A stretch of 64,000 nucleotides of DNA, from IMG/VR virus record IMGVR_UViG_2811995274_000001. One strand, 5' to 3'. Of the stretch, positions 50,787-59,735 are shown piece after piece. The notes beneath the pieces are model-generated. The model saw only the letters and a program-made list of their open reading frames with translations. It did not search any database and was not told where the DNA came from. This stretch comes from an uncultured virus (IMG/VR IMGVR_UViG_2811995274_000001). Taxonomy: Duplodnaviria; Heunggongvirae; Uroviricota; Caudoviricetes. A program made the position numbers and the translations under genes. Position 1 is the stretch's first letter. Each line of letters begins with the position of its first letter.

Positions 50787-52415
50787 TTATAATTGATATT
50801 GTGCAGATAAACATTCATCGTCATCATCATAATCATTTTCTTCATTAACTGATCTAAATCTATTAGAACAATATGATTTTAATGCTAAAATACTTTCTTT
50901 AGATGTTTTAGAAATAGGTATAATTTCATTAATAGCTGAAGTTATATCTTCTTCTTTTAATTCATTATTATTATCTTTTTTAAAACGAATAAAAGATTTT
51001 CGTATAGTATTTTTTACGATTTCTTGGATCTCTGCACCAGTAAAATTATTAGTTTTAGATACGGCTAAATCTAGTAAATCAGAATTAATTTCTTTATTAT
51101 ATTTAGAAAAATGGATTTTAAATATTTCTTTTCTTTCGTTTTCTTTTGGAAAATCAAAGAACCATTTAGCATCTAAACGTCCTTGTCTTGTTAATTCTGG
51201 AGGCAATTGACTAACATCATTACTAGTCATGATGATGTATACACCATAGTCGTTATCATTTAAAAATTTTAATATCTCCATAAATACTCTGGCAGTTACA
51301 CCACCATCTGTATTATTAGAAGAATTAATACCGCCTAATGCTTTTTCTACTTCATCAATCAATAAGACACAAGGAGCAGACGCTTTAGCTACATCTAAGG
51401 CTTGCATAATTTTTCGTTCTGATTCTCCAACAAACCTAGACATAATTCTTCCCATACTTAAACTTAACAATGGCATATGCATTGTACCTGCAAAAGCTTC
51501 AGCTAAACACGTTTTACCTGCACCTGGAACACCTACGCTTAAATATCCTTTAGGTTTTTTTAATCCAAATTCTTTAGCTTCATCAGAAAACAATTCTTTC
51601 ATTTCTAAAAGCCATTGTTTAATTACTTCATTACCGCCAATATCTTCTAATGTAGTATTAGGTATTTTATAATCTAATACACCAGATTTTTGTATAGATT
51701 CAATTTTCTTCTGAGTTATAAAATCTAAATTAGCTTCTTTAAACTTTATAAAACTTTCTATTACAGTCTCTTGAATTTCTTGCATTGTTAATCCTAAACA
51801 ACTATTAACTAAATTATTTAACTCTTCTTGTGTTGGAATTTTACATTGTTTATTTTGTTTTAAAGAAACAGCTTTTATATTGTTAATAGTTTCATTCATA
51901 CAAGATAATATTTCATTTCTATTAGGAAGTCCGTAATCAATTAGTTTAAATAATCTAGTTAATTGAGTAGGTATATTGTCTATTTGAGATAATATAATAA
52001 TTGGATTGTATGCTTCTTTTTGTTTATGATATTCTTTTAAATCTCTAATAAATCTAATAGATTTAGGATCATTAAAAAGATTATTATAATCTCTTAAAAT
52101 AAAAATGTTAGGTTCTGGTTTAACTACTTTATCATTATTATCTGTTCCTCCATAAGTATTTAACTTTATAAAGGAAAATAAGTTGTCTATATTAGCTAAT
52201 TTTTTTATACTCTTACCAGAAGACGAATTGTCTACACTATTATAAATAGTTGCACCTTCTGTTTGGGACCAAATTACTATGTTTGCTTTAGGAAGATTAA
52301 TCATTGATATTTGTCTTATATCTTTTATTGTTAAACTTTCTTCTTGTGTTTTTATCCAGATACATGATTTTCTTGATTTAATAGAATTTATCAAATCAGT
52401 CATACATTCTCTCAT
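50787..52415 (-). CDS. Ycf46-like AAA+ ATPase
   Basis: N-terminal IWIKTQEE..W..G, degenerate first AAA (FILRD), GVPGAGKT, VGESE, IDEVEKAL, LPPELTRQGRLD. Confidence 0.85.
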   Translation of the reverse strand: MRECMTDLINSIKSRKSCIWIKTQEESLTIKDIRQISMINLPKANIVIWSQTEGATIYNSVDNSSSGKSIKKLANIDNLFSFIKLNTYGGTDNNDKVVKPEPNIFILRDYNNLFNDPKSIRFIRDLKEYHKQKEAYNPIIILSQIDNIPTQLTRLFKLIDYGLPNRNEILSCMNETINNIKAVSLKQNKQCKIPTQEELNNLVNSCLGLTMQEIQETVIESFIKFKEANLDFITQKKIESIQKSGVLDYKIPNTTLEDIGGNEVIKQWLLEMKELFSDEAKEFGLKKPKGYLSVGVPGAGKTCLAEAFAGTMHMPLLSLSMGRIMSRFVGESERKIMQALDVAKASAPCVLLIDEVEKALGGINSSNNTDGGVTARVFMEILKFLNDNDYGVYIIMTSNDVSQLPPELTRQGRLDAKWFFDFPKENERKEIFKIHFSKYNKEINSDLLDLAVSKTNNFTGAEIQEIVKNTIRKSFIRFKKDNNNELKEEDITSAINEIIPISKTSKESILALKSYCSNRFRSVNEENDYDDDDECLSAQYQL

Positions 52416-52433
52416 TTATTGTCCTGCACCTCT

Positions 52434-53261
52434 TTATAAAATTAAATCATCAAAATCTATACTTGAAAAAGTATCATTTACAGTAAAGAACTTTGTTCTT
52501 TCTTCTATAAAAATATCATCATTACAACAATCTTGTTTTGAGACATATGATATATTATCATTATCATCTTCCATACTGCATGTTTGATATTGAATAATCA
52601 TAAAATTATCGTTTTCTTCATCTTTTATAACTCTAATATTATTAAAAAGAATTTTCTTTTTATCTTTTTTTTGATGAAATTCTAATAGTATATTATCTTC
52701 TGATTCTAAATTATTTAAATTGCCTACTATATCTTTCATATCAATACAATAGTTCTTTTCTTCTTTATTAATATAAATAGAATCAACAGTAGCAATAATA
52801 TTATTATTCTTTTTTATGAATCCAATTCCATTTAATAATGTGTCATCAGAAATATAATTTGATTTAAACAATTTTTCTTTTAAGTCATAATATGCTTCTT
52901 TAAAAGAATTTATTTTATTATCATAATTAAAAACTTGATCTTCTATCAACAAATAATCTATTATTTTTTTATAGAATTTTGTTGAATCCATTGTACTATA
53001 TCCAGTATGTTCAAAAAGATTAGTACATACATATATACAATTTTCATCTTTATCTCTTATAAATTTATAGTTTAAATCAAAACTCTTTTTATTATTTAAA
53101 ATATGAATAACATTGTAATAGCTTGTACTATATAGTAAATCATTTAAAGTATAATTATCTACTATAGCAACTCCATCATTCATTTTTGAAGATTCAACAC
53201 TATATAATATATCTTTAGAATCATCATTTGTTAAACTATTAAAATCATTTAAATTAATCAT
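52434..53261 (-). CDS. acidic hypothetical protein
   Basis: 275 aa, GAGG RBS. Confidence 0.65.
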   Translation of the reverse strand: MINLNDFNSLTNDDSKDILYSVESSKMNDGVAIVDNYTLNDLLYSTSYYNVIHILNNKKSFDLNYKFIRDKDENCIYVCTNLFEHTGYSTMDSTKFYKKIIDYLLIEDQVFNYDNKINSFKEAYYDLKEKLFKSNYISDDTLLNGIGFIKKNNNIIATVDSIYINKEEKNYCIDMKDIVGNLNNLESEDNILLEFHQKKDKKKILFNNIRVIKDEENDNFMIIQYQTCSMEDDNDNISYVSKQDCCNDDIFIEERTKFFTVNDTFSSIDFDDLIL

Positions 53262-53276
53262 ATAATATTCCTCTCA

Positions 53277-53915
53277 TTAACAAGCTATTTTTTTATTATA
53301 TTGATACGTCTGTTCTACAACTTGATTGTTTTTAGTAATAAATTTTAAACTATTATTTTTTGATACATAAATTCCACTTAAATCTCGTGCATAAAAACCT
53401 TTAATTTCTTTAGATTGTTGATTAATATCCCAAACAATTTGATTTCCAGATCCTATTGCATCTGTAAAACCATCTCCAAAATCTTCTCTATAAATTCGTT
53501 CATTTTCATCGTATTTACCATCGATTATAATATCAACATAAGGTAAAATATGATTAAATTTATAAAAATTACTTTGGTCATTTAGTGCATAACTACTAAA
53601 AACAATTATATGATAATTAAATTTCTTTAAAATTGAACATACTTCTCCTAATTCTTCTGCTTGATCTAATGGTTCTCCACCGACAAATGTTACGTATTTA
53701 TTAGGAGAATATTTAATAATTTGAGTAGCAACTTCTAATGGTGAATATTCTTTCATACATTTACTAGAATCCCATAAAGAAGGATTAAAGCAGTTTTTAC
53801 ATGGTTCTCCCATAATTGCTCTATTACAACCATATAAAAAAATTTCTGTACGATAATTATTGTAAGGAGATGGACCAGCGGAAGTGCTAGTCCATTTTGC
53901 ATTGTAAATTTTCAT
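53277..53915 (-). CDS. radical SAM protein, NrdG/activase-like
   Basis: GP..RTEIFLYGC..CKNCFNP, TFVGGEPLDQ, DIIIDGKY, GSGNQ. Confidence 0.85.
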   Translation of the reverse strand: MKIYNAKWTSTSAGPSPYNNYRTEIFLYGCNRAIMGEPCKNCFNPSLWDSSKCMKEYSPLEVATQIIKYSPNKYVTFVGGEPLDQAEELGEVCSILKKFNYHIIVFSSYALNDQSNFYKFNHILPYVDIIIDGKYDENERIYREDFGDGFTDAIGSGNQIVWDINQQSKEIKGFYARDLSGIYVSKNNSLKFITKNNQVVEQTYQYNKKIAC

Positions 53916-53928
53916 ATATAACCTCTTT

Positions 53929-54144
53929 TTATAATTCTATAATTGTTGGTGCATGAGTTTCATGCATAATATGCTCTTTAACTAATGTATTACATTTAGA
54001 ACAATATAATGCGTATCCATAAGGTTCTTCTAAGAGTTTATTCTTTTCTTTTGTATAAGAATATCTATATTGTTCTATTTTCTGTAAAACAGTATTATTG
54101 CATTTAGGACAAGATAAATGTTTATCTTTAAAAAAGATTGCCAC
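53929..54144 (-). CDS. zinc-ribbon protein
   Basis: CPKC...CSKC, GTG start. Confidence 0.6.
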   Translation of the reverse strand: MAIFFKDKHLSCPKCNNTVLQKIEQYRYSYTKEKNKLLEEPYGYALYCSKCNTLVKEHIMHETHAPTIIEL

Positions 54145-54896
54145 TATTTATCATCTCCTATACCTTGTTTTATATAAGTTACAAAATTGTTAAGTTCTTT
54201 TGGCGGAATCGTATTGAAATCATTATATTTATTATTAGACCAAGTCATCAATAAAGATAACATACTGTCTCCATCAATATCATTATTTGATTCTGTTAGT
54301 TCCTGAAGATAATTAACAGAATCAAAATAAAGTTTTTTTTCTTCATCAGAATAGTTTCTTAAAAAATTATTTTGTTTATCTCTACTTAAAAGAAGTTCAA
54401 AATAATATTGTTCATTTGCATCTCTATATAGATCTAAACCTACTCCTATTAATGAAGCAGCTTTTTTCAAAGCGTCTGTACTAGCTGCTTTAAAAATATC
54501 TTTTTGATCATTTGCTTTACCAATTATAACTTTAGAACCACAGCCTGTTTTTTTTATGTCATAAAATTGACCAGTTTTATCATCTCTAAGATGAACTGTT
54601 AAAATTCCAAATACATGAGCAACAGGTGGCTGTGGTTCAGGACTCATTTCTCTTTCTTTCATATATTTGTTTTGATAATCAACAGATTTTTGAATAAAAT
54701 GTTCGGTTACTTCCCAATCCCATCCATATTCAAAAATACTATTTAATTTATCTATACAAGTTGAACCACTAATATAATCTAACATAATTTTTTTGCCATT
54801 AGATATACCGCCATCTCTTTGTTTGATTATATCGTTAGGTATTTGTTCTCCTATGAAATCTTTAATTTTGTCTTCAATTCCTAAATTAGTTAGCAA
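54144..54896 (-). CDS. Rad52/Rad22-family (Sak-like) single-strand annealing protein
   Basis: LDYISG..I..LNSIF..GWDW, KAASTDALKKAASLIGVGLDLY. Confidence 0.85.
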   Translation of the reverse strand: MLTNLGIEDKIKDFIGEQIPNDIIKQRDGGISNGKKIMLDYISGSTCIDKLNSIFEYGWDWEVTEHFIQKSVDYQNKYMKEREMSPEPQPPVAHVFGILTVHLRDDKTGQFYDIKKTGCGSKVIIGKANDQKDIFKAASTDALKKAASLIGVGLDLYRDANEQYYFELLLSRDKQNNFLRNYSDEEKKLYFDSVNYLQELTESNNDIDGDSMLSLLMTWSNNKYNDFNTIPPKELNNFVTYIKQGIGDDK

Positions 54897-55476
54897 TTTT
54901 ATTATTCCCTTCTGAAATATACTTTATATATTGGATATCTACTTTGTACATTTTTTTTAAAATATCTAAAGAATCATTGAATATTTCAGATGTTATATTA
55001 TCTTTAAATAATAAATCTTCTAATTCATTTCTAGTATAATATCCACAAATATTTTCATTTAAATAATTATATTCATCATTAATTGATGAAATTAAATATT
55101 CTACATCATAAAAGTCTTGATTAATATCATTACTTTCAAAAATTTTATTGTATGGTTCTTCTGACAAATAACGATATTCTAAATCTGGGAAATATTTATT
55201 TAAAATTAATTTAATAATATCATGTCTTGGAATCCATGCGGTTTGCAATTCTATCATGAAATTACTATATTCATCATTTTCTTCTACATCTTTAGAAATA
55301 TAATCTATTTCTCCTTTGTAGTTATCAAGTTTAATATTGGCTTTTTTTGAAATACCATATAAACTCCAATCATTTTGAGAATCATCTAGTATCCATGATT
55401 GTATTTTATTTAGACATTTTTTACATATATCATACGGACCAAATATAGTATATTGAGTATAACAATAGTTAGCCAT
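54886..55476 (-). CDS. hypothetical protein (YubB/DUF1281 ferredoxin-like fold possible)
   Basis: MANYC...G, TAW.P, YPDL-like, Y..EEP pattern. Confidence 0.5.
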   Translation of the reverse strand: MANYCYTQYTIFGPYDICKKCLNKIQSWILDDSQNDWSLYGISKKANIKLDNYKGEIDYISKDVEENDEYSNFMIELQTAWIPRHDIIKLILNKYFPDLEYRYLSEEPYNKIFESNDINQDFYDVEYLISSINDEYNYLNENICGYYTRNELEDLLFKDNITSEIFNDSLDILKKMYKVDIQYIKYISEGNNKIAN

Positions 55477-55488
55477 AATATTACTTCC

Positions 55489-56472
55489 TTAAATTAAACT
55501 AGCTTCTATTTTGTTTGAACTACTAATAGTAATTAATAAATTTCTTTTAAAATCAATAATGTTTTTAACACTGTTTAAGAAATTATATCTTAATTTAGCA
55601 GCCATTAAAACTACTAAAAGATTAACTTCATTACCATTATAATTAACTTTTTCTAAAACCTTATATCCTGCTGCACTTCTAATATCTGCATTAGATTTTT
55701 CAATAGTTGAAGCTGCATATGCTTTATAAATTGTTCCAATACCAACATCTTTATCAGAAATACATGTAATCACATCATTTGCTTCTTGTAACGGAATAGC
55801 AATTTTGTCATATAAAATTGCTAATTGTTCTATTACTACTTTAATAGCTCCAGGATTTAAATCGCTGTCTATTTTAATTTCTTCTAAATCTTTTAATACC
55901 TCTTTTCTGAAATCAAGCCATTCATCATTTACAAATTTAGATTGAATAATAGTAGCCGCTTCTTCAAATGAATATTTAGTATCAAATACGTCAATATTAA
56001 CATCTTCAAATTTACATTTAGTAATTGAATTAGATTCTTGATCTGATAATGTAGAACTTTTTCTTTTTCTTCTTTTTTTAGGCTTTTCTTCTACTTCTGT
56101 TTCTTCTTCTGTTGTTACTACTTCTTCTGTTGTTACTACTTCTTCTGTTGTTACTACTTCTTCATTTTTATTTGTAACATCTTCTGTATTTGTATTTTCT
56201 TTATTTAATACTTCTTCTACTTTGTTTAAATCTTTTTCATTTGTATATACTTGTTTATTGTTTTCATCATCTTCTTTATTTTTGTTTAATACTTCTTTTG
56301 TATCAGAATTTAATTTTAATGGAGAGTTTGTTTTATTTTTTTCGTCCAAATTTAATGTTGTTTTATCTAAAATAAACGGATTTTTTGTATTTAATTTCAA
56401 TGAACTTTTTGCATTTAATTTTAATGTTGGCGCTGCTGTTTGCATTTTAATTTTATCTAATAAACTACTCAT
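55489..56472 (-). CDS. hypothetical protein with a disordered N-terminal half
   Basis: 327 aa; acidic repeats and KPKKRRKRK, helical C-terminus. Confidence 0.7.
   Translation of the reverse strand: MSSLLDKIKMQTAAPTLKLNAKSSLKLNTKNPFILDKTTLNLDEKNKTNSPLKLNSDTKEVLNKNKEDDENNKQVYTNEKDLNKVEEVLNKENTNTEDVTNKNEEVVTTEEVVTTEEVVTTEEETEVEEKPKKRRKRKSSTLSDQESNSITKCKFEDVNIDVFDTKYSFEEAATIIQSKFVNDEWLDFRKEVLKDLEEIKIDSDLNPGAIKVVIEQLAILYDKIAIPLQEANDVITCISDKDVGIGTIYKAYAASTIEKSNADIRSAAGYKVLEKVNYNGNEVNLLVVLMAAKLRYNFLNSVKNIIDFKRNLLITISSSNKIEASLI
56103..56163. repeat. 18-bp coding tandem repeat x3.4 (EEVVTT)
   Basis: CTTCTTCTGTTGTTACTA repeated three times plus a partial copy. Confidence 0.9.
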
Positions 56473-56487
56473 TTATATAATTCCTTT

Positions 56488-57198
56488 CTAGTTATTAAAA
56501 ATATTATCATCTGGATATTTTAAATTAAACCATGTAAAAGCTTTTTTTAAATCATCTATAAAAGTATTTTTTAAGTCATCTATAAAATCCAATGACTCTA
56601 TATCTATTAAATAAGATGGACTATAGGTAGCAAAAGCAGGAATACCTTTAATTTCTATTTTTTGACCTCTTACATTCAATATAGTGTCTTTCATAAAAGT
56701 ATTTAGTGCTATATTTCCTAAAATAATTATCATTTTAGGTTGAAAAGATCTAATTATATAATCTAAAAATACAGAGCATTCTTCTACTTCTTTTAACATA
56801 GGAGGTCTTTTTATCTTGGTTCCAGATATATTTTTATGATAAGGAAAACAATTAACGGTATTAGTCCACATTATTTTACTAGTATCAACTTTTAATTGTT
56901 CTAATGCGTATATAAGTAAATTACCTTCTTTAGATGAATCAAATGGAGCTGATAAAAAAGGTTGTGTACTTAATGCTGTTTCTCCAATAATCAATATAGG
57001 TTCTGTACCATTACCATTAAAAACTGTTTTAGTTTTATTATCACAAATAGCACAAGTGTTACAATCTTTTATACAATTGTTAATCTTTTTTACAGCTAAT
57101 GGTTTAATTATATCTAATACATAATCTATAGGATTATAATCATCAGGACAATTATCTTTTACTAAATTATATATTTTTTTCTTAACTTCTTCCGACAC
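56488..57198 (-). CDS. family-4-like uracil-DNA glycosylase fold with Fe-S cysteines, degenerate
   Basis: CNTCAIC, ILIIGET, TNTVNC.P, RPP..EVEEC, IILGNIA, TYSPSYL. Confidence 0.8.
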   Translation of the reverse strand: MSEEVKKKIYNLVKDNCPDDYNPIDYVLDIIKPLAVKKINNCIKDCNTCAICDNKTKTVFNGNGTEPILIIGETALSTQPFLSAPFDSSKEGNLLIYALEQLKVDTSKIMWTNTVNCFPYHKNISGTKIKRPPMLKEVEECSVFLDYIIRSFQPKMIIILGNIALNTFMKDTILNVRGQKIEIKGIPAFATYSPSYLIDIESLDFIDDLKNTFIDDLKKAFTWFNLKYPDDNIFNN

Positions 57199-57248
57199 AA
57201 TGTATATCTTAACCTCCTTATTATTTTACTATTATTATTTTTAGAAGT

Positions 57249-57950
57249 CTAGACAAAATTATTTTCTTTGTTATATTTTATTTGTGCTTTTAGTAGATTT
57301 ATTTCTGCTTTTAATTTTATATTTTCTGCTTCTATAAAAGCAGCTCTTTTATTTGCTAATTCAATTTTGGCATTTGCGTTTTTGGCTACTTTTCTATCTT
57401 CTACCATAGTTTTAATCATACTCATAATAATATCTTGTTCTGTTATTACAAAAATATTACTACTAGAATGATTAGCTTCATCTTCATTAAAACTAAATTT
57501 TAAATACCAAAATTCTTTATTTTCCATTTTGGCTTCCTTATTCAATTTATCTAGCCATTGTCTTTTTATAGTAAAAGTTTTAGTTCCTTTTGCTCTATCC
57601 GGCATTTGTGTTTTTAATTCTTCCATTACGTTTATAATGCCAGATATTTGTTCATCACCTTTTTCAAGAACTGTAGCTCCACTATTTAATGTCATAGATG
57701 AAACAATATCGTTCTTTAAAATATTAACATTATTTTTATGATTTTTATATTCAAATTCACTCCCCATTCTTTTATCTTGTTTAGATCTTTTTTTATTTAA
57801 TTTATATACCTTAACTTTAATTGCTTTATAGTTTTGGCCATTAACAAAACAAGTAGAACATTTTATATTTTGATTAGCACAATCTATATATCCATATTCA
57901 CATTCATTAATAATATCACAACCTTTTATAAATAATAAGCAGTATAACAT
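57249..57950 (-). CDS. PD-(D/E)XK Holliday-junction-resolvase-like protein
   Basis: G.EFE, T.NSGA...KGD, EELKT, FTIKRQWLDKL; the true start is probably near 57914. Confidence 0.6.
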   Translation of the reverse strand: MLYCLLFIKGCDIINECEYGYIDCANQNIKCSTCFVNGQNYKAIKVKVYKLNKKRSKQDKRMGSEFEYKNHKNNVNILKNDIVSSMTLNSGATVLEKGDEQISGIINVMEELKTQMPDRAKGTKTFTIKRQWLDKLNKEAKMENKEFWYLKFSFNEDEANHSSSNIFVITEQDIIMSMIKTMVEDRKVAKNANAKIELANKRAAFIEAENIKLKAEINLLKAQIKYNKENNFV

Positions 57951-57975
57951 TGTTTATTATACTGCTTATTATTTA
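57929..57975. repeat. 19-bp perfect inverted repeat
   Basis: TAAATAATAAGCAGTATAA/TTATACTGCTTATTATTTA. Confidence 0.85.
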
Positions 57976-57981
57976 ATTTAA

Positions 57982-59178
57982 TTATGCAACCGTATTTTCT
58001 TTTGATTCTTTTTTCTTATTTTTTAAAGGCATACTGTCATCATATAACATTTTATCTTCTACTGTCTTCTCTAGTTGCTTAATGTCTTCAATTTCTTCAC
58101 CAGACATAGCTTTAATTTCTGGAGAGACAGCTTCTGTAAAAGACTTAAATATTTCTGGATTTTCTATCATATAATTTCTATATGACATTTTCCCATTCCA
58201 TTTTTCTTTTACATTTCCATCATTATCATACCAATATATCCATGCTCCCTTACATTCAGCAATTCCTTGTCTGCATGCCTTATCTAAAGTAGATAGATAT
58301 TGTTCAATACCTTCTCCGAACATAGCATAATATACAAATTTAACATAGGCAAATTTATCTGGTGTACAATGATTTTTTAATATTTTTACTCCAATCTTAA
58401 CACCATCTTCTTTTCCAATAGGATCACTATCAGAAATAGAACGTTTTCTTAAATCCAATGTTAAAGACGACCAATATTTTATAGCGTGTCCTCCTGCTAC
58501 AACCATTGGATCTCTACTCATACTTCCAATATCTGTTGCCAGATGCTGAATAATTACAAAAGCTATTTCATATTCTGCTATTAATGTTAAAAATTTTCTA
58601 GTCATTCTAGCATTCATACGTGCTTGAAGAGCTATAGTAACGTCTTTTAGTGATGATTCTTGTTCTTTTTCTGGAACTAAGCATCTTAAACTATTTATTA
58701 CACATATGTCAGCAGTTCCTGTTCTTAGAATATCATGTAAAATATCTAATGTTCCTTCTGCTCCTAAATCATTATCTACATCCATATAAAAGAATCGATT
58801 TGGATCTATTCCAAATGTATTAACAATATATTTTTTTTCTAATGAAGCTTCTGATTCTAACCAAACAGCAATAAAATTAGGATCTTTTTTCATATTAAGT
58901 GCTATAGTTTCTAATGCTAAAGAAGTTTTACCACTATCTTCAGCTCCAGCAATAATAGTACATCTTCTACGAGGAAAGCCACCACCTGTAGCTTCATTTA
59001 ATTCTAAAGAAGGAGTAGGAATATACTTTATGGTTAATCTATCCATTATTTCTGGTACGTCACCAATACGTCCCATAATAACTTTACCATATTTTTTATT
59101 CATTTTTGCAGATATCTTATCTAAGATATCTATTTTTTTAGTAATAGGTATTTGCTCTCTAAGAAGTAAACTAGCCAT
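57982..59178 (-). CDS. recA: RecA-family recombinase
   Basis: IPTPSLELNEATGGGFPR, GAEDSGKT, LQARM, GGHAIKYWSS. Confidence 0.88.
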   Translation of the reverse strand: MASLLLREQIPITKKIDILDKISAKMNKKYGKVIMGRIGDVPEIMDRLTIKYIPTPSLELNEATGGGFPRRRCTIIAGAEDSGKTSLALETIALNMKKDPNFIAVWLESEASLEKKYIVNTFGIDPNRFFYMDVDNDLGAEGTLDILHDILRTGTADICVINSLRCLVPEKEQESSLKDVTIALQARMNARMTRKFLTLIAEYEIAFVIIQHLATDIGSMSRDPMVVAGGHAIKYWSSLTLDLRKRSISDSDPIGKEDGVKIGVKILKNHCTPDKFAYVKFVYYAMFGEGIEQYLSTLDKACRQGIAECKGAWIYWYDNDGNVKEKWNGKMSYRNYMIENPEIFKSFTEAVSPEIKAMSGEEIEDIKQLEKTVEDKMLYDDSMPLKNKKKESKENTVA

Positions 59179-59189
59179 ATTATCTCCTT

Positions 59190-59360
59190 CTATTCTTTAT
59201 TGCTATATACTAATGAATCTTTTAAAGCAAGAATTGTAGGAATTTGATCGGGCGGAACTTTAGTATAAATTTTATTAATTTCATCAATTAAACTATTAAA
59301 TTCATCATTTTTAAAATTAATATTAAAAACTCTTGTTGTCTCTACTTTGTTTACTATCAT
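59190..59360 (-). CDS. small hypothetical protein (56 aa)
   Basis: Not in the ORF track; MIVNKVETTRVFNINF...YSNKE*; AAGGAG upstream; fills the gap before recA. Confidence 0.55.
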   Translation of the reverse strand: MIVNKVETTRVFNINFKNDEFNSLIDEINKIYTKVPPDQIPTILALKDSLVYSNKE

Positions 59361-59375
59361 ATTGCATTATTCTCC

Positions 59376-59735
59376 TTAGTGTTTTTGTATAGTATTAATT
59401 AAATTAGTTAGTGATTTTTTTGCTATATTATAGTTAATAAGTTCTTTTTCCATTTCTTCTTTTAAGGATTCATTACTTGTTACCTTCATAAAGTTTTTAA
59501 AAGATTCTATTCTTTTATCTATTAAATAAAGAGCACATTTAAATATAGGCTTAGCAATAAACCAATCATTATTAGATATTTTAACAAGTTCTTCTAATGT
59601 AGCAGCAACTAATTTTTGTTTAAAAACTTTCATTTCTTTTATTGCATTAGAAGAACTTGCTTTATCTATATATCCAGCTAAAAATTGAATAAAACCTTGT
59701 CTAAATGCATTTTCTAAATTATTATTCATATACAT
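59376..59735 (-). CDS. hypothetical protein
   Basis: 119 aa, AGGAG RBS, overlaps the gyrA end. Confidence 0.65.
   Translation of the reverse strand: MYMNNNLENAFRQGFIQFLAGYIDKASSSNAIKEMKVFKQKLVAATLEELVKISNNDWFIAKPIFKCALYLIDKRIESFKNFMKVTSNESLKEEMEKELINYNIAKKSLTNLINTIQKH

Noticed and set aside
1358..59239. Short ORFs antisense to or nested in long genes (e.g. 1358-1543, 1658-1939, 15654-15926, 17628-17951, 22722-23057, 33156-33488, 47870-48181, 56222-56491)
   Set aside because: Shadow frames of AT-rich coding genes, with no RBS or recognisable motif
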